From contig NC_047016.1 in assembly GCF_902652985.1 (NCBI RefSeq), forward strand, positions 28,458,001 through 28,522,000: 64,000 nucleotides of DNA. The letters are read 5' to 3'. Made by a program: the position numbers and the translations under genes. Shown one piece after another: positions 52,939 through 64,000 of this stretch (its first letter is position 1; each line of letters begins with the position of its first letter). The notes under the pieces are model-generated. The model did no database searches and was not told the DNA's origin. It saw only the letters and a list, made by a program, of their open reading frames with translations. Source of the stretch: Pecten maximus. Taxonomy: Eukaryota.

Positions 52939-55900
52939 ATGGACGTACGGATACTGATCTTCTTCGTTATTTCAATATTTGCCAATGGAGGTATTTATAT
53001 TGCCAATCATTGTGAATGTAATTTACTGTATTGAAACGTAGACAGTTATTCTTAACGTACTTTTCACTGCATCATGATAAAAGATGCAGCTGCGTAATAT
53101 CCTTTACATGTGAAATATTTGCAGTAGAGGTACTCTCTATAAGGATTTTATACTTTGTAAATGATTAAAATTATTGACGAATAATGTCACTATAGGTCAT
53201 ACGCTTCAATATCAAACTTATTTTGCCTGATAATGTAATGTCACCAAGGGATTTTCAGCTTGTAAACGATTACAGAACTGTCGGACTAGCAATAAACCCA
53301 TGCTATTTATTTCTAAAGGTTTTTATTGAATAAAATGTTGTGATAATTAATCATTATTTTTTTTATATACAAGTATACTAATTTTCATATTTAAAATTTG
53401 TATTAAAGACATATATCGCCACCCTATGACGTTTAGTACTTTTGTGAATCCTAAATTGGACAAAATATTATACAGTGTCCTTTACACGTTCTTTTTAAGG
53501 CTCTATCCTGCTACTGCTTACTTTCACCTTGGTAAATGTAATGCGTACTCAATTTGACCCTGGCTGTTGCTAGGGCGTTAAACTCCTAAAAATAATCAAA
53601 ACATGTGTTTAAGGCAAAAGTACAATCAACGCATAATACAAAGGTCGTAAGCAAATACTATTTCAGGCTTTGCATGCAGATTTGGCTGGACACAGAATGG
53701 GAGTCTATGCTACTTATTTTCCCATGGAACATCTACATGGGCTGAAGCATCGGTTTGTATATACATAGTGTGCATGTATATGTACCGATGTTAGACTTTC
53801 GATATATATTTCACCAGACGTTTTACCTTACCAACAATAATATTTTTGTTGTTTTTTTGTTGTTTTTTTTTTGTTCACTCAGATAAGAGAATAATTCATT
53901 GATGTGAGCAGTTTTCTTATCATTCTTTACATTAATTTTGTGTTAACATTTCCTTACAATCATATAAATACACCCATATAAGCACCACACATGTAGTTAC
54001 AAACATGGGAATGGTACACATTACATACATACACATATACACACATGCACAAGAGAATAATTCATTGATGTGATCAGTTTTCTTATCATTCTTTACATTA
54101 ATTTTGTGTTAACATTTCCTTACAATCATATAAATACACCCATATAAGCACCACACATGTAGTTACAAACATGGGNNNNNNNNNNNNNNNNNNNNNNNNN
54201 NNNNNNNNNNNNNNNNNNNNNNNNNNNNNNNNNNNNNNNNNNNNNNNNNNNNNNNNNNNNNNNNNNNNNNNNNNNNNNNNNNNNNNNNNNNNNNNNNNNN
54301 NNNNNNNNNNNNNNNNNNNNNNNNNNNNNNNNNNNNNNNNNNNNNNNNNNNNNNNNNNNNNNNNNNNNNNNNNNNNNNNNNNNNNNNNNNNNNNNNNNNN
54401 NNNNNNNNNNNNNNNNNNNNNNNNNNNNNNNNNNNNNNNNNNNNNNNNNNNNNNNNNNNATATATCCATTGAAATATTCATAATTTATTATTGAAATGAT
54501 ACAATGCTCACACTTCATATTCTCGTTTCATCATAGTGGTTTGTTATTTTATTTTTCAATTTTCACATTTTTTAAGAAATGCATCATAAAAAAATTATTA
54601 TATTGTTACAATTTTTCTTTTGATTTTACGTAAGTTCAGCAATGCTTGCCTATTTTTAAATGTATTGTATGCACTATACCTCAAGTCTTTTACAGAAAGT
54701 TAGATAATAGGGACATTTTTTTGTAAACTGTCAGGTACAATTTTCTTCTCAATTCGTACCTAAATAGCTGCAGTATATCCACGTATTTCGTTCTTGACTC
54801 ACTGAGATGGAACCATTTGTATATTACAAAACCAATCAATGATAAAAGGGTGTTAATATCATTATATGCATTATAAGTAATTTTGTAGCCGAAAACTATA
54901 TATTTCAAGTTTCTTAAATCAATGGTGTAGCCTAGTCTATCCATCGACTGCTTTATGTGTTGCCAAATTGGATCGACACAACAACAATCAATAAAGTAAT
55001 GATTGTAGTCATCCCTTATATTACAAATATGACAACATTCGCTATCTTTAATGCGCCATCTTTTTAACAGAATACCGTTAGGGATAATGTTATGAAGCAA
55101 TTTCCAGCGAAATATTTTTTCATCGTTTTCAGGTATCATTTTAAAGACAAAACGAAATAGGTTTCTTAGATTGTGAGTCCCCTCTCCGATGTTTAGTATA
55201 TCTTTCTTTATAACTGAATTAAGGGTATCACAAGTTTTTTCCTTTCTGAGTATTGCGTAAATGTGATGGTTATTTAAATTTGCCAATGACACTACACTCT
55301 TTTTAATAGAATTGTATAGACAGACCTCTTTCCATAAAATCTGCACAATTGATTTAGAGTTCTCTGTTTTCAGCTCCTGTAACCAAATTCTAGGTATTGC
55401 GCGTTTAATTGTTAATAATTCCACAATCCAATTTCTTTTGCAAGTTAATTTTTGATGTATAAGATTTTCATCGATAATTCCGTCCTTTCCAATAATGTCA
55501 TTTACATAAATTAAATCAGAATCGCACCAATGTTTAAAGAATAAAGCTTTGCCATTAAAAGTGATGTATTTATTTCCCCAAATCACCTGCTGTTTGATTT
55601 CTCTGAAGTTTTTCTTAACATTGGTATCGGACTGAGCTTTATACCATGCAATAAGTAGATCCAAATAAAAATCTGTAATTCCATGGTGTTTTGGCAGAAG
55701 TTTTATAGTACCAGTGTTCATTTTGAATAAAAGATAATCATCTCCAAACTTTTCAAAGTATAAACTTGGAATTAGTTTCCAGTTAGCTTCCTGTTTGTCT
55801 AACAGACGTTTTATCCATGATATGCGTAATACATTAACATGGCAATAAATGTCCCTAACGTTTAGCCCACCTTTTGCATAATCGCCAATCATTATACTCC

Positions 55901-58900
55901 GCTTTATCTTGTCGGGTTTTCCATCCCATATAAATTGGTAAGTCATCTTTTCTAAAACTGCTATAGTCTTGCTATCAATTCCGATGGTGTTTACAAGAAA
56001 TGTTATCATTGGTCTGATCAGACTTTGTATTATAATAGACTTTCCGAGTAAAGTAAGTTTTCTTTTCTTCCAGTTCTTTAGTAGAAGGTCTATGCTTGTT
56101 ATTTTTTTTTTCCCAACAAAGGTTTGAGCATGTTTTACTGTTTCTGCCAAAGTAAACCCCAAGCGATTTAACCATAGTGACCCATTTGATACCTGCATGA
56201 CTTTCATCTTTATTTTTATTTCTTCCGACAAAAATCCCTTCTGTTTTATCCTTGTTCAACTTTAAGCCAGATACTTCACCAAACTCCTCCACTAACTTCA
56301 ACGCCATTTCAATGTCATTATATTTCATGAACAACGTCGTATCATCAGCTAGTTGAGATAACTTTATAACTTTTTTTCGTACTTTGACGCCATGTAACTC
56401 TTTTTCATTACGCAATGTACAAGCTAAAAGTTCTGCTGCTATTACAAACAATAAACAAGACAAAGGACAGCCTTACCTTATACCACGTGATATCTTATAA
56501 CTTCCGGTTAGCCAATTATTGTTTTTAACACTTCCTCTAATATCATTATATAACGTTTTTACCCAATTAATAAAAGATACCCCAAAACCAAACTTTTCTA
56601 AACTTTTGAACATGAAATCCCACTCAATCGTATCAAAGGCCTTAGAAAAATCTAAAAATAATATGCAGGCATCACTGTTATTTTTTTCCGAAAAGTCAAT
56701 TATGTCTTGAATTAGCCTGATATTGTAGCCAATAAACCTATTTTTTATGTAACCATTTTGATCAGTACTGATAATCTTTGACATGAGAGGTTTGATTCGA
56801 GATGCCAAAGCGTAGGCAGCTATCTTATAGTCTGTATTCAAAAGAGAAATCGGCCTCCAATTACGTAAACTTAATGGGTCATTTTTTTTATAAATCAGTG
56901 ATACAATTCCTCTTTTTTGAGAAGAACTTAATTCGCCCCTTCTATAACAGTTATTAAGGGATTCTTGTACAATTTTTCCTATTTTTCCCCAAAATGTTTT
57001 GTAGAACTCGGCAGTTAAACCATCACTTCCCGGACTTTTATTTAATTTCATATGTTTTACAGCATCTTCACATTCCTTCATGGTCAACTCTCCTTCACAA
57101 GAAGCTTTCTCTTTTTCATTAAGTACATTATCTACCTTACAATTTCCGATATAAGTGTTTATTTTGTTTTTATCAGGATTGTCGGATTGGTATAATTTTG
57201 AGTAAAACAATTCAATTTCACGAAGGATTTTTTCTGGATCTCTTTCGATTTCCCCATTATCCGATCTTAATTGTGTAATCGTGTTTTTTAATTGTCTATG
57301 TTTTTCTATGCCCAAGAAATACTTGGTATTTATTTCCCGTTTTCTACCCAATCCACCCGTGCTCTTATCTGGGCCCCTCTAGCTCGTTCTTGGTAGAGGA
57401 GGTTTAACTGATTCTCAAAATCATTAATTTTATCTTGTGTTTCTTTGCTGGGATTTTCGTCAAATTTTACAATCTCAATTGCCAATTCCCTTTCTAGACG
57501 ATTTATAATGCATAGTTTTTTCTTGCTCTTTTCTTTACAGAATTCGATAGTTTTATGTTTAATCATAACTTTACAATAATCCCATAAATCAGTTGGATTC
57601 AACTTTTCATTGCCATTAATAACATCATCAATGACTTTTTTAACAAAGTCTACATATTCGTCATTCTCTAAATAACTGTTATTGAGTTTCCAAATTCCGC
57701 TTCCCTTACCTTTTGAACTATTTTGAACAATAATATACACATAGAGATCGTTAACTTATATAAAGATTTTCCTGTACAATATATCAGAGCTTACCATATA
57801 GACCCATATATATCAACAATAAACAATACCTTTAATATGTATAATAGAAAAATTGCAAAAAACTACATTTTTTATAGTTCATTTACTAAATTCGAATAAC
57901 ATATTACCTGATGCATGTGTAACATAGATACTTTATGTTAACTTGTATGATAGAAATTTAGCCTTTATTTACTTATCATAAGCGAGCTTTTATTTCAAAT
58001 ATAAAGCTGTGCTTCATTCTTTGTTATTTTAGGCGACATGTTTGGCCCTTAATTCACATCTGGCAATGATTACCTCAGACACGGAACAATCATTCCTCAT
58101 CGATCAACTTGATCAGCTACATCAAACTGGTACCATATCGAAATGTCTAGATAATAGTTCAAGCCTATTTTCAGTCAGTTTGGTAAAAACAAAAATCTGA
58201 TTAATTATGCTAAACCTTATCAGTGTTCATAATTAAATACATATTTGAGTGATAACATCTAGATAGTTGTATTCTCTAATTATTCAAGCGTAGCATAGTT
58301 GGTGTCCGACGATGTCATAATCAAAGATTTCCAAATTTTGACAATTACTTATTTTAAATTTGTAATTGATAAGTTTTCCTTCTCCATATCAAGCAATATA
58401 TTATGGATTTTTGATAACTTGGAACTTTCAGTCTTAATATCTTTTAAACAGCTACGTTACGGAAGCTAAAGAACTGTTTGTAGATAAGTAATATATTCTT
58501 TATATCGATTGCCAGGTACCTCTCATACGCGGTACTGGATAGATGGTACAGATTTGGAAGTAGAAAATGTATGGAGATGGGCCTTAACTGGCGATAAACT
58601 TACTTACACCGCCTGGGCTGACGGTGAACCTAACAATGCACAAAGAGGCAACTGCATGAATCTGTATGAAGGAGGCGGATTTAAGATGGCAGATGATGAT
58701 TGTGAATTACGTCTGCATTATATTTGCCAGGAAAAGTAAGATGAACTTATAGATTTAAATCAATATTTTAATAAAAATGCAAAAAACTTGTTAAAAACTG
58801 TTAATTTAGTTACTTTTTATTTGTATATCATTTTGTTATGAGATCTTATAGAAATATTGCTGTCGTGAATTAAGGCAAAACATATGGATGATCATAAGTG

Positions 58901-59019
58901 TCGTGTTTCATTTAAGACACTATAGAAGTTTGATATTTAAATGTATGGTATCTTCAAACAGTTTACAAAACTTTGTTTTGTTTTTGATTTACAGTGACGG
59001 AGCGAATATCATCGGTTGA
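52939..59019 (+). CDS. C-type lectin 9 (perlucin-like; EPN/MAD), with a LINE in intron 2
   Basis: Exons 52939-52990 (MDVRILIFFVISIFANG), 53667-53752 (ACRFGWTQNGSLCYLFS), 58033-58129, 58516-58735 (YWIDGTD..WADGEPNNAQRGNC..MADDDC..YICQ), 58995-59019 (DGANIIG*). Confidence 0.88.
53885..54175. repeat. About 125-bp direct duplication (period about 167 bp) next to the assembly gap
   Basis: aagagaataattcattgatgtga...agttacaaacatggg occurs twice. Confidence 0.85.
54176..54459. other. Assembly gap (284 N)
   Basis: Run of N. Confidence 1.
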
Positions 59020-59199
59020 TTGTAAACGCAATTTTCAATAAATCAGTTTTAATGCGATTTACTTGTTGTATTTGCGATAGATTCTATTATTTTCCATGTT
59101 TAACATCAGATAGTAATCTAGGCCAAGGCCACTATTCACAACAACATCCATAAGATAAATATCTGAAATTCTGTTCGACATATATTTTGTATTTCAGAG

Positions 59200-60000
59200 T
59201 TTTTGTAAACTCAAAGCTAGAGCCATCTAGAGCAATCCCTCTATACATATGAACAATACTCCTATAAATAATGTATCTTCTCATAAGCACATGGGTGTGT
59301 TCTTCTCAGGAGATTGTCGTTGGATAGATCAAGTAAATTACTTAATTGCCAAAACTTCATCTATAATCAATATAATGAGATCGTTGAAATTTCTGTTAGA
59401 CAGAAAAACTTTGCAAACTATCTTTTTCTCTTTTATAAGACCACTACTTGAATATGCCGATATTGTATGGGGAAATATTCCTAAAGATTTGGAAAAAAAC
59501 TTGAACATTTTAATATTGAAGCTGCTGTATAGTAACTGGCGCAACAAAGCTAACCAGTACTGATAACTTGTTCAATGAGGTAGGATGGACTAGTTTATTT
59601 GATCGTAGACAAAATCGGAAAAAAAAAAAAAAATTCATAAAATGTTCTATCAATATACTCCTCAATATCTATATGGTCTTATACCTAACACAGTTTCGGA
59701 GGGACATAACTATGATACTAGAAACTCTGACCAAACATTTGTCACTCTAATATTGTGCAAAACTGCTTTTTATAAACAATCGATTTTTACCCTCTACAAT
59801 AGATCAATGGAATAAACTTCCACCTCATGTTCGATCAAACCCATCTGTTTTTGCTCTAAAAGCTTACCTCAATCAACAGTTAAGCAGGAAAATACCTATC
59901 CACTACACATTTGGAACCCGAAAGGGTCAATTTATCATGCTCGTCTACGAATGGAATGGAGTTCCCTAAACAGTTATTTATATAATAAAAACACATTGTT
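59200..60000 (+). mobile_element. CR1/L2-type LINE 3' fragment
   Basis: HKHMGVFFSGDCRW, LDRKTLQTIFFSFIRPLLEYADIVW, EVGWTSLFDRR, FLPSTIDQWNKLP, HARLRM. Confidence 0.85.
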
Positions 60001-61949
60001 CAATCTCTTTCACCACCAGAAAATAAGGTCATCGTCTTAGCTCTTCAAGATTATATGCTTAAAACAATCAGGTTTTCATAAAATTTTATTTATCCCAAAA
60101 CCATGTTTTTGTACTTAAAGTCAAGTTGTCTGTCTCAACAATCTGAACTCTACACCAAGTATTCGCCATTTTCCTTTTCTTCTCCTTGCCTAAACTGTTA
60201 TTATTCATTGTTAATATATGGTCTTATATGGCAAATGATATGTTGTCAATCCTCAATATATTTGCTGTTTATGATAAGGTGATAGATTTACATAAGTGTC
60301 TTAGACACTTGTTTCTATTTCCTATTTTGTACATTCAAATTTGTAACTATACATGTTCTGAAATGCCTGAATAAAAGAAAGTTTAAACTAAGCTAGACTT
60401 TCATTAAAACGCATGTAATATGTTCGCAATGCTTCTTTAAAGGTATTATTTACTGGCATGTCGTTCACACAATTCTAACACATGCTGGACATTCAATGAA
60501 TACGATTATAATCATCTATAAACCTTGTCTTGTTAAGAACAAAGACACTATATGAGACATAATAATTCACGTAAACATCGTAGGTCTAACTCAAAATGGT
60601 TTTCATGAAGCTGAATGTGACGAACACCAAGGTAAGAAAACGAAATTTTGAAATACATCAAAACAGGATAAACTTGGTTTCTTTTTTATCGGTGTTACTA
60701 CACATCTAGGTAATGCTAATTCGTTCAGTATTGTTTAATATTGTCTAACCTACTTTCAGCAGCCATGGCCATTTAAGGACGGTAATCGATGATATATGTA
60801 GTGTAGACTAAAACATGTATATGTTTAATATATTTTGACTTTTTATACTGAGATGATACAAATATGGCCTATCTTATATCCATCAGTAAAAGTAAAGTGA
60901 AAGTGAAAGTACTACACTGGGCAGTTAACAGTCTATCTTATGCAATGTTTACTAAACAAAACCACCTTAGACCATGATTAGCTAACACTTCGTCTTGTTG
61001 TGATTTACACAAATAAACCATTTTGTTTGGGTTTAACGGCCCATCGACTAATGTGATAATTTAGAAGTCATGGTTGTTAATTTACTATCTATCATTAACA
61101 AACATTTTGGTGACTTACTCATATAAAAAATGTCCATTCTTTTAAAAAAATCTGCATTGTAACAATCTATGTTCAGATCATTAGAATAAAAAGAGAGTAA
61201 AATAATTAGAGAGACAACGAAATTATGATGTGGACTATGTGATTTCTATAAAATTAAAGGGGATTAGGTAGGTAAAAGGACATCAGAGTTTATAAGATAG
61301 GTAGATAACTTTAAAAACGCTAAATAGTGCCTTCGAATCAACGGGACTGAAACGTGTTTTACATATCCGGGACGCGAAGGTTGTTATCAGGAATGTGCTT
61401 AAAATTGGAAAACATTATACTGTTCCATTGTAACTGAAGAGTCACACACATGGCATGTTGGTAGATCTCGTTGTTTGTTGCTCGTCTGGAGAGACCTACG
61501 TTGCTGCCATTTACTTTTAATGACTGTATAAAACACATCTATCTGGTTAGCTAACAGTCTATCTCTGGTCACACTACAAATATAGACTACTACTACAATT
61601 ACTATAAAACGAGAGATAACCGAATTTCATTATTACATAAACATAATAAAATGTAAGCGGATTTTCCTTATCTCCTTTACTATATTCTAAATATGGCTTT
61701 ATGTTCATATTGAAATATAGGTTATCAGAGAATGTCTTCATCGTAGTCTAGTATTGTTAATGTGACTTTAGTAGTTGTCCTCTTTAACATATTTGTGGTT
61801 ACTTTCAATGCTAAAGGGAAATGGGTTGACCTATTGAAAATACATGTATATCTGCTTTCAGGAAGGTTATTGTTCTTAGAAAATTGTTTAGAAAGTTTAT
61901 GCTCAACCGGCATATCTTATCAAAAATATATGGAACTTTTATTTTACCA

Positions 61950-62680
61950 TTTTTAATATGCTAGTGAGCTATTGGTGGTTGCAGTGAGTTTAAATCTAAT
62001 TTATTAGATGAAAATCCCAGCTGCTCGGATCATAACTGGTTTACCTTCATACGCAAGTGGTGATGCTCTGCATTTTGTAACCTAATTACAAACACTTTCT
62101 CATAGAAGTAAGAGAAGAACATACAATTATTGTATGAGATGAAACACAGTTCAACTTTTCTTAATGCTATTCTTTTACATACAGTTGAACATAAATACCC
62201 CATATTCTCTCCTAGAAATAGAAATGATTATGAAATTCTAAACTACTTACGTTCTACTACACATTCGTTCTTTTTACCTTCAATCCTTCATTATGGAATA
62301 GCCAATATTAACCGCTAGATCTGCACCTTACATTGTAGCCTGAAATAATCTTTTACTCCAGTTTTTACATCCAAAGGTTTTTTTGGGTTTCGGTGATAGG
62401 ATAACTAATATAATACATGGTATATACAAAGTTCTGTCATCAAAATAGTTCATTCATATACGAATTATTTCCTGTTAATCTTGTAGAAACCCCTGAATAT
62501 GTTTATGTGGTAAACCTTGTGAGAACCCATTTCACTTTGTTATTGTCCCTGTTTTGATCTTGAGAAGCGTTACCTTTTTCACAATCTCAGTGATTTAGAT
62601 GTAAACATGAACATTAATTTACTGTTTTGGATATGTTGTTATTTTTGACCCGGAAAACAACGCTACCTCAATCAAAGTAT
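61950..62680 (+). mobile_element. Degenerate CR1/L2-type LINE fragment
   Basis: AARIITGLPSYAS, RNRNDYEI...SFFLPS, C-terminal CGKPCENPFHF remnant. Confidence 0.65.
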
Positions 62681-63066
62681 TTATACACATTTTTTTTTTC
62701 CAAATGAGGTCGTTGGTAATGTTGAAATAGCTATTGCCTAATCCTATTGCTTTTCCTTCTGACAAAAAATATGTTTCAATCAAACTAACGTTGTGTGCAA
62801 ACGACATTGTATTTTAACAAAAGTTGAAAAAAGTAACATCCGGGAAAGTACCTATTTTGTTTCCATTAGCGAAGGTTTTGTAGCTTTTCCCAGATTTCTG
62901 ATACTGTCCCATTAAATTTAGTCGTATATAAGTCTTATAATGCCCCATGTATTGAAGAGTATAGAACCAAATGACCACGTGATATAACAGTCGAAGAGCA
63001 ACACCTGATTATCTTGGGTCATGTCATTATCTCTTCGAACAGGAAAAGCAAGTGACACAATTCAAA

Positions 63067-63498
63067 ATGGACTCCCGGATCTGTCTTCTCTTGGCAGTGT
63101 TCGTATTATGTGTCCCTGGGGGTGAGCATATTATAACTTACATTAATAAAATACAATCGGACATCCGTGTACGTTTAACCAATACACAAGCTATGATGAT
63201 GCATTTGTATATATGTGTATATGCAAACATTTTGACTCGAAATCATGAAATATTTTGTCATCTAAATATTCAACTTAATAAAACTTGTACATAATGAGAA
63301 AAGATCAGATCACAAATAAATAACCATACGCGTAATTGATTTTAAAACATCCTTGTTTCGCTCTCATTATTAATTAATTCACCTTCCATACATAACTTTT
63401 TTCTTTCAGGTTTTGCGACATGTAGAAACGGATGGGTAACATTTGAGAATACATGCTATTTGTTTTCGCATGGTATGTCGACATGGGGCGAAGCAGTT
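63067..63498 (+). CDS. C-type lectin 10, 3'-partial (exons 1-2 only in this window)
   Basis: Exon 63067-63121 (MDSRICLLLAVFVLCVPG) and exon 63410-63498 (FATCRNGWVTFENTCYLFSHGMSTWGEAV), both GT-AG. Confidence 0.88.
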
Positions 63499-64000
63499 GT
63501 AAGTACTAGAACTGGGGATGGTGCAGTTTTATATCATTATACCTCAGGTAACAGCGTTCATGATTAGTTGAAATGCATCACATGGCAGGACTATAAACAG
63601 AGAACTATATATAACCAGTTTGATAGATAGATTATAGTCAATAAATAAAACTTCATATTCACGCGCGTGCCAAAATAGTAACCCTCATATTCCAGGCGGG
63701 GTTGTCTCCCTTCTGGTTGTTTACAAAAGTTAAGGGCAAATGAACAGGAGCACAATTTTGTTTCGTGCAGTTGAAGTAACAGATAAAGTTCTGCAAAACA
63801 AGAACGCTCAGAACACTATAATATTAACAAACAACTTCTTAGACTTTGAAAGGAAACTGGTAAATCGGATCGTAGCGATCTCAGGGTTTTGCAATACAAA
63901 TTATATTCATATCTGAACACCATTTTTCAGTATCATTATTTCTTATTGTTTTTTGGTAACGATCTTTGGTGATATGAAGGTTTATTACATTATTTTTCAA

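Larger units (their letters stand above)
53844..57725 (-). mobile_element. L1/Tx1-clade non-LTR retrotransposon, 5'-truncated, with frameshifted ORF2
   Basis: ORF pieces 57740-57330 (GIWKLNNSYL), 57351-56473 (KSPGSDG, NWRPISLLNTDYK, LDFSKAFD, SRGIR), 56463-55975 (QLADDTT) and 56231-54690 (CxxC..H..C zinc knuckle). A-rich tail at 53844-53875. TSD aacaataatat at 53833-53843 and 57726-57736. Confidence 0.93.

Noticed and set aside
53885-54175. Duplication as a biological LINE 3' repeat
   Set aside because: It abuts the gap, so it cannot be told apart from a mis-assembly without reads.
54098-54518. Poly-X ORFs
   Set aside because: Artefacts of the N gap.

Overview
AT-rich, intron-containing animal DNA, most likely a bivalve mollusc (perlucin-like lectins, bivalve-type SINEs, Penelope/CR1/Tx1 relics). 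The species cannot be fixed from sequence alone. I built the gene models by hand from GT-AG boundaries and codon phase. (1) 147-7404 (+): the last nine coding exons of an ACC-synthase-like (ACCS/ACCSL-type, fold-type I PLP) gene. It has Asn in place of the PLP-binding Asp, and a decayed duplicate of one exon. (2) 12978-14669 (+): an intronless ACSF2-like acyl-CoA synthetase. (3) 15908-64000: a tandem array of ten secreted single-CRD C-type lectin genes with the same 5-exon plan: eight intact, one chimeric pseudogene, and one cut by the window edge. The array includes two head-to-head pairs. None of the lectins has the canonical WND motif, and the EPN position varies (EPS, EPN, EPT, QPN, DPN). 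Every complete gene ends on a small terminal exon encoding hydrophobic-hydrophobic-Gly-stop. Interspersed are an internally deleted mariner with TIRs and TA TSDs, a 5'-truncated L1/Tx1 LINE with an 11-bp TSD inside a lectin intron, Gypsy, CR1 and Penelope relics, SINEs, MITEs, microsatellites and a 284-N assembly gap.
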